Shown piece after piece: positions 49,065-62,580 of a DNA stretch of 64,000 nt. Within the stretch, counting starts at the first letter, position 1, and each line of letters opens with the position of its first letter. The DNA lies in the NCBI RefSeq assembly GCF_000143415.4, contig NW_003314299.1:420229-484228 (forward strand), read 5' to 3'. Origin of the DNA: Selaginella moellendorffii. Its lineage: Eukaryota; Plantae; Lycopodiophyta. The notes beneath the pieces are model-generated. The model saw only the letters and a program-made list of their open reading frames with translations. It was not told the origin of the DNA and searched no databases. The position numbers were made by a program, and so were the translations under genes.

Positions 49065-49702
49065 AATCTAAGGGGAAAAAAACTGCTGCCTAGATTATGT
49101 TGTCAAATTGCTCAAGAATTTAAGACTAGAAGTACCAATTGCGTTTCATGCTTGATAATTTCAAATATTGACAAAATGGGAAAAAAACTAAAAATCATTT
49201 GTCTATATAACACCCAACATTCCCAGGATCTGAGGGTGGACCTCCTGGACCAAAGAGGCTCTGAGAGATCGCGAGCAACTTCAATCAGACAGATACCTTG
49301 CAATACCTAGCGATTGAGGTGTGTGGAAAGTGCAGCAGGCGAAAATTGTGTTTGATGATCCGCCTGAGGGAATGTGTTTGATTCTATGTGAATGTTCTCA
49401 AAACTCTTCATGGAAAACTAGAAAAGGATCAATGTTTGATGCCTGACGACGATACTTGCTGCCATGATAGGTACTAACAAAGCAAATATTCCTTTGTGCC
49501 ATGATGCTCACACGAAGCTCTTCAGANNNNNNNNNNNNNNNNNNNNNNNNNNNNNNNNNNNNNNNNNNNNNNNNNNNNNNNNNNNNNNNNNNNNNNNNNN
49601 NNNNNNNNNNNNNNNNNNNNNNNNNNNNNNNNNNNNNNNNCCTTCGGGTGCTATGTCCATATCACCCATGTTTTGTATTACAGATTGGGCTTTACAGGAA
49701 TC

Positions 49703-50351
49703 TTAGACAAGCACTCTTGATTCCTCTGGCAACAGCACGCAATGTAGCTCCGACCTCTCAAACTCCTTGAAGGATTGGTCACCAGTGATGTACAAAGGCG
49801 GGAGGGGACTTGTCAAGGATGTATGTCACTGCTCCAAGAGGGAGGCAGAGCATGGAGACGTGTACTGCAGCAAGTGCTGCCACTAGCCAAGCGAAAAGAA
49901 AGCCATAGCCTGGGTAAAGCGTCCAGGCTTTCCTGAGTACTGGGAGGACCATGGTGAAGACCGAGTCGGAGATACCTTCCCTGCCAAAGAAACAGAAGAA
50001 TATTAGAGAGCTTTGATTGATCAAAACTGTCACACCTGTAATCGAATGTCTGGAGATATGGATCTACAACCGCTGAAATGCCTCCCGTGGAGCATTGAAA
50101 CCAACTAAAGCCATTCTCCACGACACGGAAAGCATCAGCATCCTTTGCCCGGGGACCGCTTGCTCCCCAAGTCGCGGTTGGTTGGAGCATGATACCAATC
50201 CTAAAAGCATTCACCAGAAACTTAGAGAACACCATCATAACTGTGCTCTACCTCTTTTTCCCAGCCTGGCGCATCAGGTCTGGGAACTCGAAATCGTAAC
50301 AATTAGCTCCTCCAATCCAGCCGAGCTCGGTTTTGATGATAGGAAGAATGG
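49703..50351 (-). pseudogene. Lnt-like copy 4, 3' part, split by the LTR nest
   Basis: Matches 38640-39295 and is interrupted at TSD AATGG. Confidence 0.9.
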
Positions 50352-53300
50352 TGTAGCGTATGTGGTTTTTACATTTTATCCTTTGGTGATTTACCATAGG
50401 ATAACACCATAAAGTGGAACTTAAACCCTCTATGTGCCACATGTCACATGCCATGTGTCCATAGGATAGTGGTGTGAAACCCAAGGTTCAGGGCGTTGGG
50501 CCACTGAACGAAGTATTAGTGCTAAACTCCCAAGCATGGAACTAAAGAGTGATGGGACTATGGAGCAACTCTTGAGCATACAGCCTAAAAAGTGAAGGGA
50601 CAGAAACCAGGAGCAATTTGGAACAATCCTAGAGTATCTAACATCCCAATGCTAAGACTAATACGCAAAACAGAGTTAAATGGAGTCTGGCACTATTTTG
50701 GTATACCAGTGGCCTAATGCAAGGACATGGGTACTCTACCAGCTAGCATGGAATGGAAGTTGGGCTTATACCCAAACCAAAATAAGGACAAGCATGCAAG
50801 CGAGAGCTAAACTATGCCTCAGGTTGGTCGGCCATGCCCTACCTACCCACTATCCTTACTATACATTTGAAACCCTTCACAGCCGGAGCAAAGAAACCAA
50901 ACCCATCGGTAAGGTTTAGATAGATTACTGTAAACAGGCAAATAGAGTTGTTTACACAGTCATGCTCGACAGAGAGGTGGGTTATGTGACTAGTCGACAA
51001 TAACTACCTCATGACTAGAGATTTCACCATGCACACGAAGTGCCGAAGCCAGTCTGCTGATACTGGCCCAAATTCAAAGATCAATAGATAGACCATATCA
51101 AAGTCAGAGACAATGATATCTTAGAGACTTAAGTATCAGTGATTAAATCTTAGATTAAAACACAAAAGTATTCCAAGTAAGTTATCATCCGATAAACCAG
51201 TATTATAGTATAGAAACCACCAAGATCATCATGATTGGAAAATATAAGATTCACTATCCAACAAAATTCAATAGTCAATGTATCATCAAGAAAACTCAAT
51301 GATAAAACTTAACGATCAAATACTGTAGATAGAATGCCAAATAACTTACGAAAGATAACTCAAAGAACATAAGGTAACATTGACTGGTAAGCAAAATGCT
51401 CGCGAATGTATCAGTCAAAGGAGAGAACTTCCTAATCTATCATAACTAACTCGAGCAACAATCAACAGAATAAAATGAATGCTGCAGAACCAACAAACAT
51501 TTGTTTATGTCAACTATCGCACTAGCCAATGGAAATAAATCCCAGCCAACAACACCAAGGAACTTAAGTTGCCTAAGCAAGTGTCAGCAACATCTTATTG
51601 ATATCTCAACCCAAGAGATCAATCCAGAGCAAACCACAAAGAACATGTGATATTGTGAAAAGCCATAAGCCATCAAGGAGAACAATTAACCATCACGAAA
51701 GATCATCAATCATTCTATAATAAAGAGAGATGTATAATCATTGTCGAAGAAAGAATCTACCATCCCGAAGAATAACAAATCATTCTTGATCAACAATAAT
51801 CAAGCAAAACTTTTTGATAAAGATAATCAACTATCCTAGATGATAATCAATTATCACCAATGATTGCTAGATGCAAAAGCCAACTTCAGCATTGAAGTTA
51901 ATGAGCCAAAAATGTTTTCCCCAATAACTTCTAATAAATGGAACAATGAGCATAAAAACTCAAAGAACCAAAAGTTTGAAGAAGTCTATAGCCAAGTCTT
52001 GCCTAAAATGATCACAAGTCTTACATGAATTCATTTCAATACCAAAGAAGAAATCATGGTATAACCCACAATATCCCCCTCAACACATCCATAAGTTAAA
52101 CTTCAAAATGTAAAGCTAATGAAAAGCATAATTGCATCAATCCAAAATTCAAGCACAATGAAGCTATGCTCAACAAGTGATCACTAAACGATCCTTCATG
52201 AATTCATCTATAGCAAGACGTAACTCACTTCATAACAAACACAAGAAAAATCATCAATGATCAATATATTTTAACTCAAATTTAACAAAGATTCAAACAT
52301 TCCAATATCAATCATTAACTCTTCATCTCGTAAAGCTAGCATAGTTCACGACTAAATCACTTTTCAAGGAAAAGCCAAAGCTCAACCCCTACTAAATAAT
52401 CTCGTCTAGAACACAACTAACTCAAACTTGCCACTCAGTTTATTTGAATATCAACATAGTTGCTAACTAGCAAATGCACAAATGCCAATAATATAAAGCC
52501 ATAGCCAAATCATCAACACTATTTTCATCGAGACTAATGAAATTCAACATCAATCTTTCGGAGAGATATCTTATTTCACTCAAATCTCAACATTAACAAT
52601 GTCAACGACAAGGCATTACTTCAATTTCATCAACACCATAACAAAGCTAGAAGAAAGCACGAGTGAAAACACTTCCTCAAGGAGTAAATCACCACATCCA
52701 AGACTCAATGAAATCTAACACCACAGACTAGACGTAACTAAATGATATCAACAGAGATAGAGTCGACATGCTAACATGGAAAACCCATGTAAGTCTAACA
52801 ACACAATTCTTCGCAACACCATTCAGTAAAGCAAGCCCATCACCGCTAAATCATCATCGAGCAAAATAAGTATCAAAGGTTCTCAATGAAGTCTACAAGC
52901 AATTATTAGTCGCAAAGCAACTAACAATCACTCTTTCAACGGAGCAAGTTGCCGATCAATCGGCATTACCATCTCAAATGTAACATCATAGCGTTGGAGC
53001 TTCGCTCAATTTCCATCTAGTTTTCATCAGAGAACTTGTTAGTAGGAAGAAGTTGATTGAGTCTTGAAAGTTTGCACTTCTAGACTGAGAATCATTCTTT
53101 CTCTAGGATGGAAAATTTCCACAAATTTTCTTAGATTTTTCCAATTGCTGATCTATTGATCACTTTGCTTGAAAACCATTTCATTTTCGTAAGTCAACAC
53201 AAACTAGTGAAAGGGTTGGAGTTGACTTTGGTTAACTTAGACTTTAGTATGTAGTTTTTATGATGCGGCCTGAAAGGGATGTTAACTTTTAAAGCTAAGG

Positions 53301-55079
53301 CAATTAAGTTGGATAAAGTCTGGAGTTGGTGTAGAAAAGTGGCTATTACACTTTTCGAAGAAGGGTGACCCTTGTGCCTTTTTTCTATAGCATTATGTTT
53401 AGCAGCAGGTTGCACCTTGCATTTCGTTAAACTCTATAAAAGTAGTGAGCTCTCACTGATCTTGACTTGATCTTGATGGTCCTGCACCTTAGCTAAGGAT
53501 AGTGATGTCCAACTTAGTTATTTGAGTTTAAGATATTAGTACCTGTACTATAGCTTGTCTAAGTGGAGGTTATGTACCAATAAGAGTCCATCTTATGGTC
53601 TTCATTTTTGTTTTGACTGAGTGTTGATCATGCATAGCTAGCTTCTTCAAGGCATGCTTAGAGCTATTGGGTAAACGTGATAATGAGCTTATTACAACTA
53701 AGTTGGATTCGAGGGGTCATTTAGTTTATGCTTGTCCATGAACCTTTATCTCATGCTTGATGATATGAGTTTAGTGTTGGGTCCTTTGAAGGCACATAAG
53801 TTCCCATTAACATAAATTTTCAAGACCCAACAGCATGCTAAACAGTGAATATCTTGCCCATATTTCGAACATCCAACACCGACATCCATAAAATGCAAAA
53901 TGAACATCCAAGACTTGATCACGAAGACTATATCTTCAGATATCCACATTGCATTAACACTTTTCTTCAATCATTTTCAAGATCTAATGTGAAGTCAAAA
54001 CACTAATACGAAAAATGACATGGAAAATCAAGCTCTAAGGAAAATTCCTCATCACTCGAAATAACAATGCCACTTCTGCTAACACAAGTGCTAGTGATGT
54101 CAATGCCTCAACTACACATCTTCATCCAGCAATCTACTCCAAGTGCTAACAGATAAACTAACAAGCCATAACAAATGAATGCTATAACCCTTTCCAACAC
54201 TTTATGGGCAACCTCTCACGGAAACAAAGAACCAACTTAAGCTTAGTATAATGGACCACTATCGAGAACCCAGTCAAAGTTACTAAAATGCTACTTCATG
54301 CAAGTAGACTAGCTTCACCATCAACCACTTTGGGGTTGATCATCATTTAACTAAGCAACTTCGTAAACACATTGATCATAATTATATGGATATGATATAA
54401 GTATCACAATGACTTGATCATCAATTGAGCAACACTTCTCTCATAAACTTTCTTAGATTGGACTGAAGGCAGTGCGAATGCAAGCCTAAGGTTTAGTCAA
54501 AGATGAGACCAAAAAGAAAGTTGTCAAGAACAAAAGATCAAACACGTAAATCATTTTCTCTTCTTGGAGAGATGATTCGCAACGAGATGCTAACTCATTT
54601 TGCTCATGTTCACATCATGCAATCAAGAGTCCCTACCTTGATGCATGTTGGAAATGATAGTCTTGTAAATGGTGAGTTATGGGATGGATAACGATGAAGC
54701 GCTAAACCATTTTGTCTAGGCTTGCTATTGAAAGACTTAGGTTATAATACTTAATTCTTTTCCGGGGAACCTTGCTATTGCTCTTGGAGTAGCTTGGTGT
54801 TGGATTAGTTTTGAGTTTGGTCAGATAAAGAGTGACATGAGTTTGTCTGTTTTGTGAACAAAAAGTTAGTGGTGTTTAGTGTTATAAGTCTCTATTGGTG
54901 GAGTGTGGCATTTATGTTGCATTTTGTCAAATCAAGTTTACATTTGATACTCACATAAACCTTTAAAGTAATGATAATGGCATTGCTTGTACGGCAATGA
55001 CTACTTGAACCAATAGACTAATCTTTATAGTCTTTAATTGATCCACTTATAATCATGCCTTGGAAGGATCCACTAGTGC

Positions 55080-58000
55080 TGTCGTGAATGTGACTTCGGG
55101 TATCGAAAGTTACCTGTCGGCTAGTCCTTACGGACATTCTTTCTTTACTGCCACGATGNNNNNNNNNNNNNNNNNNNNNNNNNNNNNNNNNNNNNNNNNN
55201 NNNNNNNNNNNNNNNNNNNNNNNNNNNNNNNNNNNNNNNNNNNNNNNNNNNNNNNNNNATGCTATTTATGGAAAGTGTCCAGATTTGCTTATTTGGCATA
55301 TCTACGGAATGTAGAGATTGTCCTGAACACAATGGTGTTCGTCCTGTGTCCAAATTCGCAATCTAGCACCATTCCATATTTAGTAAATTTCAAGCTTGTC
55401 CTAGAGACTAACTCTTGATACTAAGTGAAGCTTGGGGGGGGGGGGGGGGGGGGTTGTGGGGTGTTCCAAATATATAGTAGGGATAATGGGTATGTCAGGC
55501 AAGGCTAACCAACCTGAGGCATAGTCTAGCTCCCGCTTGCGTGCCTATCTTTGTTCTGTGTCCAGCTTGGGTCTAAGTCCAAGTTCCATTCTATGTTAGC
55601 TGGTGGAGTACCCATGTCCTTGGGTTAAGCCACCGGTATGCCAAAATAGCGCCAGACTTTGTTTGGCTCCATTTTGCGTGCTGGTCCTGGCATTGGGTTG
55701 CTGGTTGCTCCAGGACTATTCCAGGTCACTCCAGGCTTCTGTCCCTGTGCTCCTTGGGCTGTATGCTTGGGAGTTGCTCCGTGGTCCGGTTCCATCACTC
55801 CTTGGCTCCACGCTTGGGAGTTTGGCACTGTTCCCTTGTTCAATAGCCCAAGGCCTTGAACCTCGGGTTCCGCACCACTATCCTTTGGACACATGGCATG
55901 TGACACGTGGCATCTATCACGTGGCATAAAGAGGGGTTTATGTTCCGCTTTGTGGTGTTATCCTATGGTAAATCACTATAAGATAANNNNNNNNNNNNNN
56001 NNNNNNNNNNNNNNNNNNNNNNNNNNNNNNNNNNNNNNNNNNNNNNNNNNNNNNNNNNNNNNNNNNNNNNNNNNNNNNNNNNNNNNCATACCCAGAGATG
56101 AAAACAATGATCCGAGTGGGTACACGTTTGGGTGCAAAGGCTTTGCAATTGTTCCTTGGATATGGATTTGGTTACCTTTTTGTACCTTATGATGTGAACT
56201 TGCTCTTGGGCTCATAGAATGGATTTGAGGTGTACCGTTTTACATGAGTTTACGCTTGGGCTCGTGAGTGAGGCACATTAGCAACTCGAGGTTACACTTT
56301 GAGTTGGTAGGATTAATGTTAGTTTATCGGTGGTTTCATAAGTTGTTCCATGTACCATGAGTGAAAGTAAACTTTCCTTGGGTTTGCTATGAGTGGCAAA
56401 TAGGCTGGTCCATAGCTATTTAACACGGCACTAGTGGATCCTTCCTAGGCATGATTATAAGTGGATCAATCAAGACTGTAGGGATTAGTCTATTGGTTTA
56501 GGTAGTTATTGCCGTGCTCTCTCATAAACTTTTCTTGGATTGGACTGAAGGCAGTGCGAAAGCAAGCTTGAGGTTTAATCAAAGTAAAGACCAAAAAGAA
56601 GGTTGTCAGGGACGAAGGATCAAACACATAAATCATCTTCCCTTCTTGGAAAGATGATTTGCAATAAGGTGTTAACTCATTGCTCGTGTTCATATTATGC
56701 AATCAAGAGTCCCTACCTTGATGCATCTTGGAAATGATGGTTTTACAAATGGCGAGTTGTGGGATGGATAGTGGTGAAGCACTAATCCATTTTGTCTAGG
56801 CTTGCTATTGAAGATTTGGGTTGCAATGCTCAATTCTTTTCCGAGAAACCTTGCTATTGCTTTTTGAGTAGTTTGGTGTTGGATTAGTTTTGAGTTTGGT
56901 CGGAAAGAGAGTGGCATTACTCGTAGTGTTGCTCAATAGATGATCAAGCCCATTGTGATTATTATATCATATCCATGTGATAGTGAGCAATGTGTTTACT
57001 AAGTTGCTTGGTTAAATGATGATCAACCCCAAAGTGGTTGATGGAAAAGCTAATCTATTTACACATAGTAGCATTGTAGTAGCTTTGACTAGATTCTCAA
57101 TGGTAATCCATTATGCTATGCTTAAGTTAGTACCTTGTTTCCTTGAGGGGTTGCCCATTGAGGTGTTAGAAAAGGGTTATAACATTCATTTGCTATAGCT
57201 TATCAGTTTATCCGTTAGCATTTGGAGTAAATTGTTGGATGGAGAAGGTGTGTAGTTGAGGCATTGACATCACTAGCACTAGTGTTAGTGAAAGTGGCAT
57301 GTTATTTTGAGTGATGAGGGGTTTTTCTTAGAGCTTGATTTTCTATGTTATTTTTCTTGTTAGTGTTTTGGCTTCATATTAGATTTTGAAAGTGGTTAAA
57401 GAAGAGTGTTAATGCAATGTGGATATCCGAAGATGTGGTCTTCGTTAAACAAGGCCTTTTATTTTCCAGCAAAACACCAAAAAACTGGGTGTGGTTTCGT
57501 TAAGCACGAAACCAGCAAAGAGCCTTTATCTAGAAGAGCCTACAATGAAAGTACCTACGGAAAGGGGGGTTGTTCGTGAACTAGAGCCCAAAGGTCTTCT
57601 GAGATGTGGTCTTTGTGATCAAGCCTTGGATGTTCATTTTGCCTTTTATAGATGTCGGTGTTGGAAGTCGGAAATATGGGCAAAGATGTTCAATGCTTAA
57701 GTATACTATGGGTTATGAGAATTTGTGTTGAGGTGAACCTATGTGAAGTTGTAGGTAGGAGGAAGTTGGTTGAGTCTTGAAAGTTTGCATTCCTAGACTA
57801 AAAGTCATTTTTTCTCTAGGATGGAAAATTTTCCACAAATTTTTTAGACTTTTCCAATGGCTGATCTATTGATCACTTTGCCCGAAAACCATTCCATTTT
57901 CGTAAGCCAATACAAATTAGTGAAAGGGTTGGAGTTGAATTTGGTTAGTTTAAACCTTAATAAGTAATTTGTATGATGCGACCCGAAAGGGATGCTGACT

Positions 58001-61000
58001 TTTAGGGATAAGGCAATTGAGTTGGATAGAGTCTAGAGTTGGTGTAGAAAAGTGGCCGTTACACTTTTCTAGAAAGGTGACCATTGTGGCTTTCTTTTAT
58101 AGCATTATATTTGGTGGCAGGTTTCACCTTGCATTTTGTTAAACTTTATGAGAGTAGTGAGCTCTCATTGATCTTGACTTAGTCTTGGTAGCCCTGCGCC
58201 TTGGTTGAGGATAGTGATGTTCAACTTAGTTGTTTAAGGTTAAGATGTTGGTACCCATACTATAGCTTTGTCTATGAGGAGGTTGTGTACCGATATGAAT
58301 TCATCTCATGGTCTTCACTTTAGTTTTGACTAAATGTTGGTCATGCATAGCTAGCCTCTTTAAGGCATGCTTAGAGCTGTTAGCTAAACGTATCAGTGAG
58401 TTTATTGCAATTGAGTTGGATTTGAGTGGTCATTTAGTTTGTGCTTGTCCATGAACATTTATCTAGTATCTGGGGTATTACATTCATGTTAGATGAGTAT
58501 ATAACTTGATGGCACAAATTTAGTGTTTGGGTCTTGTGAAGGCAAGTTGAAAGAGTGATTGTTAGTTGCTTTGCAACTAGTGATTGCTTGTAGACTTCAT
58601 CGAGGACTATTTGACACTTGCTTCGCTCGATGATGATTTAGCAATAATAGGTTTGCTTTACCAGATGGTGTTGCAAAGGATCGTGTTGTTAGATTTGCAT
58701 GGTTTTTCCATATTGACATAATGACTTTACCTTTATCGATATCATTTGGTTGCGTTTAGTTCATAATGTTGAATTTCATAAAGTCTTGGATGTGGTGATT
58801 CACTCTTTGATAAAGTGTTATTTATAGCTGAGTATTGTTGAAGAACTAATCTCGGATACTTGGTTAGCTTGGTTGTTAGAGAGCTTTGTGTGGTGATTCA
58901 CTTTTGCTTTCTTTTAGCTTTGTTTTGGTGCTGATGGCATTGAAGTGATGCCTTGTCGTTGACATAGTTAATATTAAGATTTGAGTAAAATGAGATATCT
59001 CTCATAAAGATTGATGTCGAGTTTCATTAGTCTTAATAAAGATAGTGTTGATGATTTGGCTTTGGCTTTATGTTATTGGCATTGGTGCATTTGCTAGTTA
59101 ACAACTGTATAGATGTTCAAATGAGCTGAGTGGCAAGTTTGAGTTAGCTGTGTTCTAGATGAGATTGTTTATTAAGGGTTAAACTTTGAGCTTTTCCTTG
59201 AAAAGTGATTTAGTCGTGAACTATGCTAACTCTACAAGCGGAAGAGTTCATGATCGATATTGGAATGTTTGAATCCTTGTTGGGTTCAAGTTGGGATATA
59301 TCGATCATTGATAGTTCTTTTTGTGCTTGTTATGAAGTGAGTTACGTCTTGCTATAAATGGATTCATGGAGGATTGTTTCGTGATCACTTGTTGAGCATA
59401 GTTTCATTATGTTTGGTTTTTGGATTGATGCAAATCTGTTTTTCATTAGCTTTGCATTATGAAGTTTAGCTTATGGATATGTTGAAGAGGATATTATAGG
59501 TTGTACCATGATTTCTTCTTTAGCATTGAAATTAGTTCATGTGAGACTTGTAATCATTGCTAAGCAAAGACTTGGCTATAGGCTTCTTTGAACTTTTAGA
59601 GTTTTCATGCTCATTATTCCATTTGTTAGGAGTTGTTAGGGAAAACATTTTTGGTTAGTTAGCTTTGATGTTAAAGTTAGTATTTTGTGTTTGGTGATTA
59701 TTAGTGATAATTGACTATCATCTAAGATAGTTGATTATCCTTATCAAAAAGTTTTGCTTGATTGTTGTTGATATAGAATGATTCATTATTCTTTGGGATG
59801 GTAGATTCTTTCTTTGACGATAATTATGCATATCTCTTTTTGATGGGATGATTGATGATCTTTCATGATGGTTAGTTATTCTCTTTGATAGCTTTTGGCT
59901 TTTCGCAATACCACATGTTTTTTGTGGTTTGGTCTTTTGGGTTTGAGACATTGGTAGGATGTTACTGACACTTGCTTAGACAACTTTGATTCCTTAGTAT
60001 TATTGACTGGGATCTATTCAAATTAGCTGATGCAATAATTGGCATGAATGAGTGTTTGTTAGTCTTGCCATATTCATTTTGTTCTATTGATTATTGCTCA
60101 AGTTCGCTTTGATAGATTCAAATGTTATTTCTTTTGGATGATACATTTGCGAGCATTTTGCTTGCCAGTCAATGATACTTTGAGTAAGTTGTTTGGCATA
60201 CTATTTGCCATCTTCGATAGTTAAGTTTCATCATTGAGTTTCCTTGATGATATACTTGCTCTTGAATTTTGTTGGATGGTGATTCCTATGTTTACCAATT
60301 ATGATGATCATGGTGGTTCCTATATTATAATACTAGTTTATCGAATGATAACTTACTTGGAATACTTTTGTGTTCTAATCTAAAATATATTCACTAATAA
60401 TTAAGTCTCTAAGATATCATTGTCTATGACTTTGATATTGTCCATCTATTGATCTTTGCGTTTGCGCCAGTATAGGCAGACTGGCTTCGGCACTTTGTAT
60501 GCATGGTGAAATCTCTAGTCATGGGGTAGCTATTGTCGATTGGTCACATAACCTGCCTCTCTGTCGATATTCCTTATTCCGTTAAAAGGGCGTGACTGTG
60601 TAAACAACTCTAACTACCTGTTTACAGTAGTTTATCTAAACCTTACCAACGGATTTGGTTTCTTTGCTCAGGAGGGTTGGGGCCTCTGGCTTCTCTTTCT
60701 ATGTCCCTACGGGCAGGGGCATATCACACTTTTGTAAGCTGGGTGACACCCAGAGTAGCAAGGGTGGCTGACTTTGTTGGTCATTTCCTTGTCAGCGACG
60801 GCCGGAAGGTGTCTGAATTAGTAGCGCATTTGTGTTAAACAAAGAGGTTGCCTTGTAACTCATTTAAGTTGGTGTATTTCTCACATAGTGTGAATACCGT
60901 GAACTTTTTCTAGAGTTGTTTCCTTGGCGGTATTCTAGACTAGAGTATACATCGATGAAGACGTCAATCTTCCCTAGGGGGGGGGGAGAGTGTCGCAAAT

Positions 61001-61985
61001 GTGACTTCGGGTATCGAAAGTTACCTGTCGGCTAGTCCTTTTGGACACTCTTTTCTTACTGCCACGATGGCAGAAGGTCGGTATTGCTGGTTCCCTTTAT
61101 CAGCCCCTCTTGTTCAAGTGTTAATAAACTGGGCTTAGCACCTGTACTTAGCCAGATACACATAAGGTAGAAACTCCTATGTGTTTTTAGCTGAGCATAC
61201 TCGGCCTGACTCTTAGTTCTCTTTTGCTTTGTCTTGCACTGGCTTGACAAGAACCTTTGCGTATTGAGATTGGTCCCTCAATATCGCTGGATGATAATTT
61301 ACCGTGTTTGCCAAACACCCTCGCTATCATGCCCTTTGTGTTAGTCTCATTTCAATCCCAAATGCTATTTATGGAAAGTGTCCAGATTTGCTTGGGGTGA
61401 GGCTTGGGGTGAAAGCCCAAAACGTGTGTTTCTAGGTGCCGAGCTGTGGGGGTTTCCAAATGCATAGTAAGGATAGTGGGTAGGTCAAGCATGGTCGACC
61501 AACCTGACGTATAGTTTAGCTCCCACTTGCATGCTTGTCCTTATTCTGCATCCGGCTTGGGTCTAAGTTTAAGTTCCATTCCATGCTAGCTAGTGGAGTA
61601 CCCATATCCTTGTGTTAGGCCACTAGTATGCCGAAATAGCACCAGACTCTGTTTGGCTCCGTTTTGTGTGCTGGTCCTGGCATTGGGATGCTGGTTGCTC
61701 TAGGACTATTCCAGGTCGCTTCGGGCTCCTGTCTCTTCGCTCCTTGGGCTGTATGTTTGGGAGTTGCTCCGTGGTCCGGTTCCACCACTCTTTGGCTCCA
61801 CGCTTGGGAGTTTGGCACCGTTCCTTCGTTTAGTGGCCCAAGGCCCTGAACCTCGGGTTCCACACCATTGTCCTTTAGACACGTGGCATCTGTCACGTGG
61901 CACAAAGAGGGTTTAAGTTCCACTTCGTGATGTTATCCTATAGTAAATCACCATAGGATAAAAGGTAGAAACCATATGCGCTACA
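55080..61985 (+). mobile_element. Nested copy of the same LTR family in opposite orientation, TSD AGTGC
   Basis: TSD at 55075-55079 and 61986-61990. 5' LTR 55080 to about 55990 (with gaps), PPT at 60976-60990, and 3' LTR 60991-61985. Confidence 0.9.
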
Positions 61986-62163
61986 AGTGCCATGCTAAAC
62001 AGCTACATACCAGACTATTTGCCACTTATAGCAAACCTAGGGAAGGTTTACTTTCACCTATGGTACAAGGAACAACTCATGGAACCACCAATAAGCTAAC
62101 ATTAATCCTACTAACTCAAAGTGTAACCTTGAGTTGCTAATGTACTTCACTCACGAGCCCAAG

Positions 62164-62580
62164 TGCAAACTCGTGCGAACGGAACAACTCAATCCCTCTT
62201 ATGAGCCCATAAGCAAGCTCACATCATATGGTACAAAAAGGTAACCAAACTCTATACCCAAGGAATGAATGTGAAGTCTTAGCACCCAAACGTGTACCCA
62301 CTCGGATCATCGTTTTCATCTCTACGTATATAACGAGACTAATTGTTCAATCTCATTGGATAGCACTCATTAAGACTTGCAAACTCATGTGAATGGAACA
62401 ACTCAATCCCTCTTATGAGCCCATGAGCAAGCTCACATCATATGGTACAAAAAGGTAACCAAATTCCATACCCAAGGAACGAATGCCAAACGTGTACCCA
62501 CTTGGATCATCATTTTCATTTCTACATATACAATGAGACTAGTTGCCCAATCTCGTTCGATAGTACTCGCTGAGACTCAT
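62164..62580. repeat. Tandem duplication of about 210 bp in the leader of the outer LTR element
   Basis: TGCAAACTC...GGAACAACTCAATCCCTCTTATGAGCCC... occurs at 62164 and again at 62378. Confidence 0.85.
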
